Shown in pieces: positions 63,475 to 64,000 of a stretch of 64,000 bases of DNA. The position numbers were made by a program, and so were the translations under genes. The notes under the pieces are model-generated. The model worked only from the letters and a program-made list of their open reading frames with translations. It ran no database searches and had not been told where the DNA came from. The DNA comes from Lytechinus pictus (Eukaryota), in assembly GCF_037042905.1 (NCBI RefSeq), contig NC_087246.1, positions 3,970,001-4,034,000 of the forward strand, read 5' to 3'. Positions within the stretch are counted from its first letter, which is position 1. Each line of letters begins with the position of its first letter.

Positions 63475-64000
63475 TTACTGTATACACTAATGTGAAGATA
63501 TCACTCCTGTATTTAACTGATGTTACAGTCACATAGATGAACCAACTCAAGACCAACAAAAGCCATTACATTATACCATTGGTCAGTTTCAACTTGTTTT
63601 TGTTGGTGTGACTAGGGAATTATTAGTGAGCATATCTATGGTTTGACTGTAGCATAAGACAGAGTCTGGTTTATGGGACATAGAATGGGTCTATAAGGAA
63701 TCTGATATTAATCATGTACTGGTTCATTTGAAATATTGTTCTTATTAAATAATTTCAGTCCTGTATCCTTCATGACAAAATGAAAACCTAAACAACAACA
63801 AAAAAGATATCACGCCCCCTCAAACAAAAAACATATATAAAAAAAGACTTTATTACATCAAGTAAACTTTCACAAACACTGCTTCTATCTTCATGTCACA
63901 AACCCTATATGTCATATTTCTTCTTTGCAAATGATTGCCAAAATTTGCATCATTTCAACAAGTTTTAATGACATTAGGCTTGAACTTTAATTTAACTTTG

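Noticed and set aside
61000..64000. Possible long 3'UTR of a minus-strand gene beyond the window
   Set aside because: Only compositional hints; no coding exon is visible.

Overview
AT-rich, repeat-dense animal genomic DNA; the repeat families and gene types suggest a marine invertebrate deuterostome such as a sea urchin (inference). Host genes are a complete 15-16-exon SLC5 sodium:solute symporter (SLC5A5/6/8/12 group, minus strand, 29464-53112), an intronless 777-aa signal-peptide multi-pass membrane protein of unknown family (minus, 13730-16063), and a probable terminal exon of an upstream plus-strand gene (2493-2713). The rest is mostly mobile DNA: Tx1/L1-clade LINEs (one with an intact 1249-aa APE-RT ORF2), tRNA-derived SINEs, and non-autonomous Academ-, Helentron(HINE)-, hAT-, Kolobok-, piggyBac-, Tc1/mariner- and Harbinger-like elements. 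The most striking structure is a head-to-tail stack at 17270-25764: a SINE, a 5'-truncated LINE and a 6.9-kb LINE, each separated by the hexamer CTAATT. This suggests three successive insertions into one regenerated target site. The long LINE shows no ORF1 and instead has a 2.7-kb leader built from three diverged ~670-bp units. All alignments and exon calls were made by eye.
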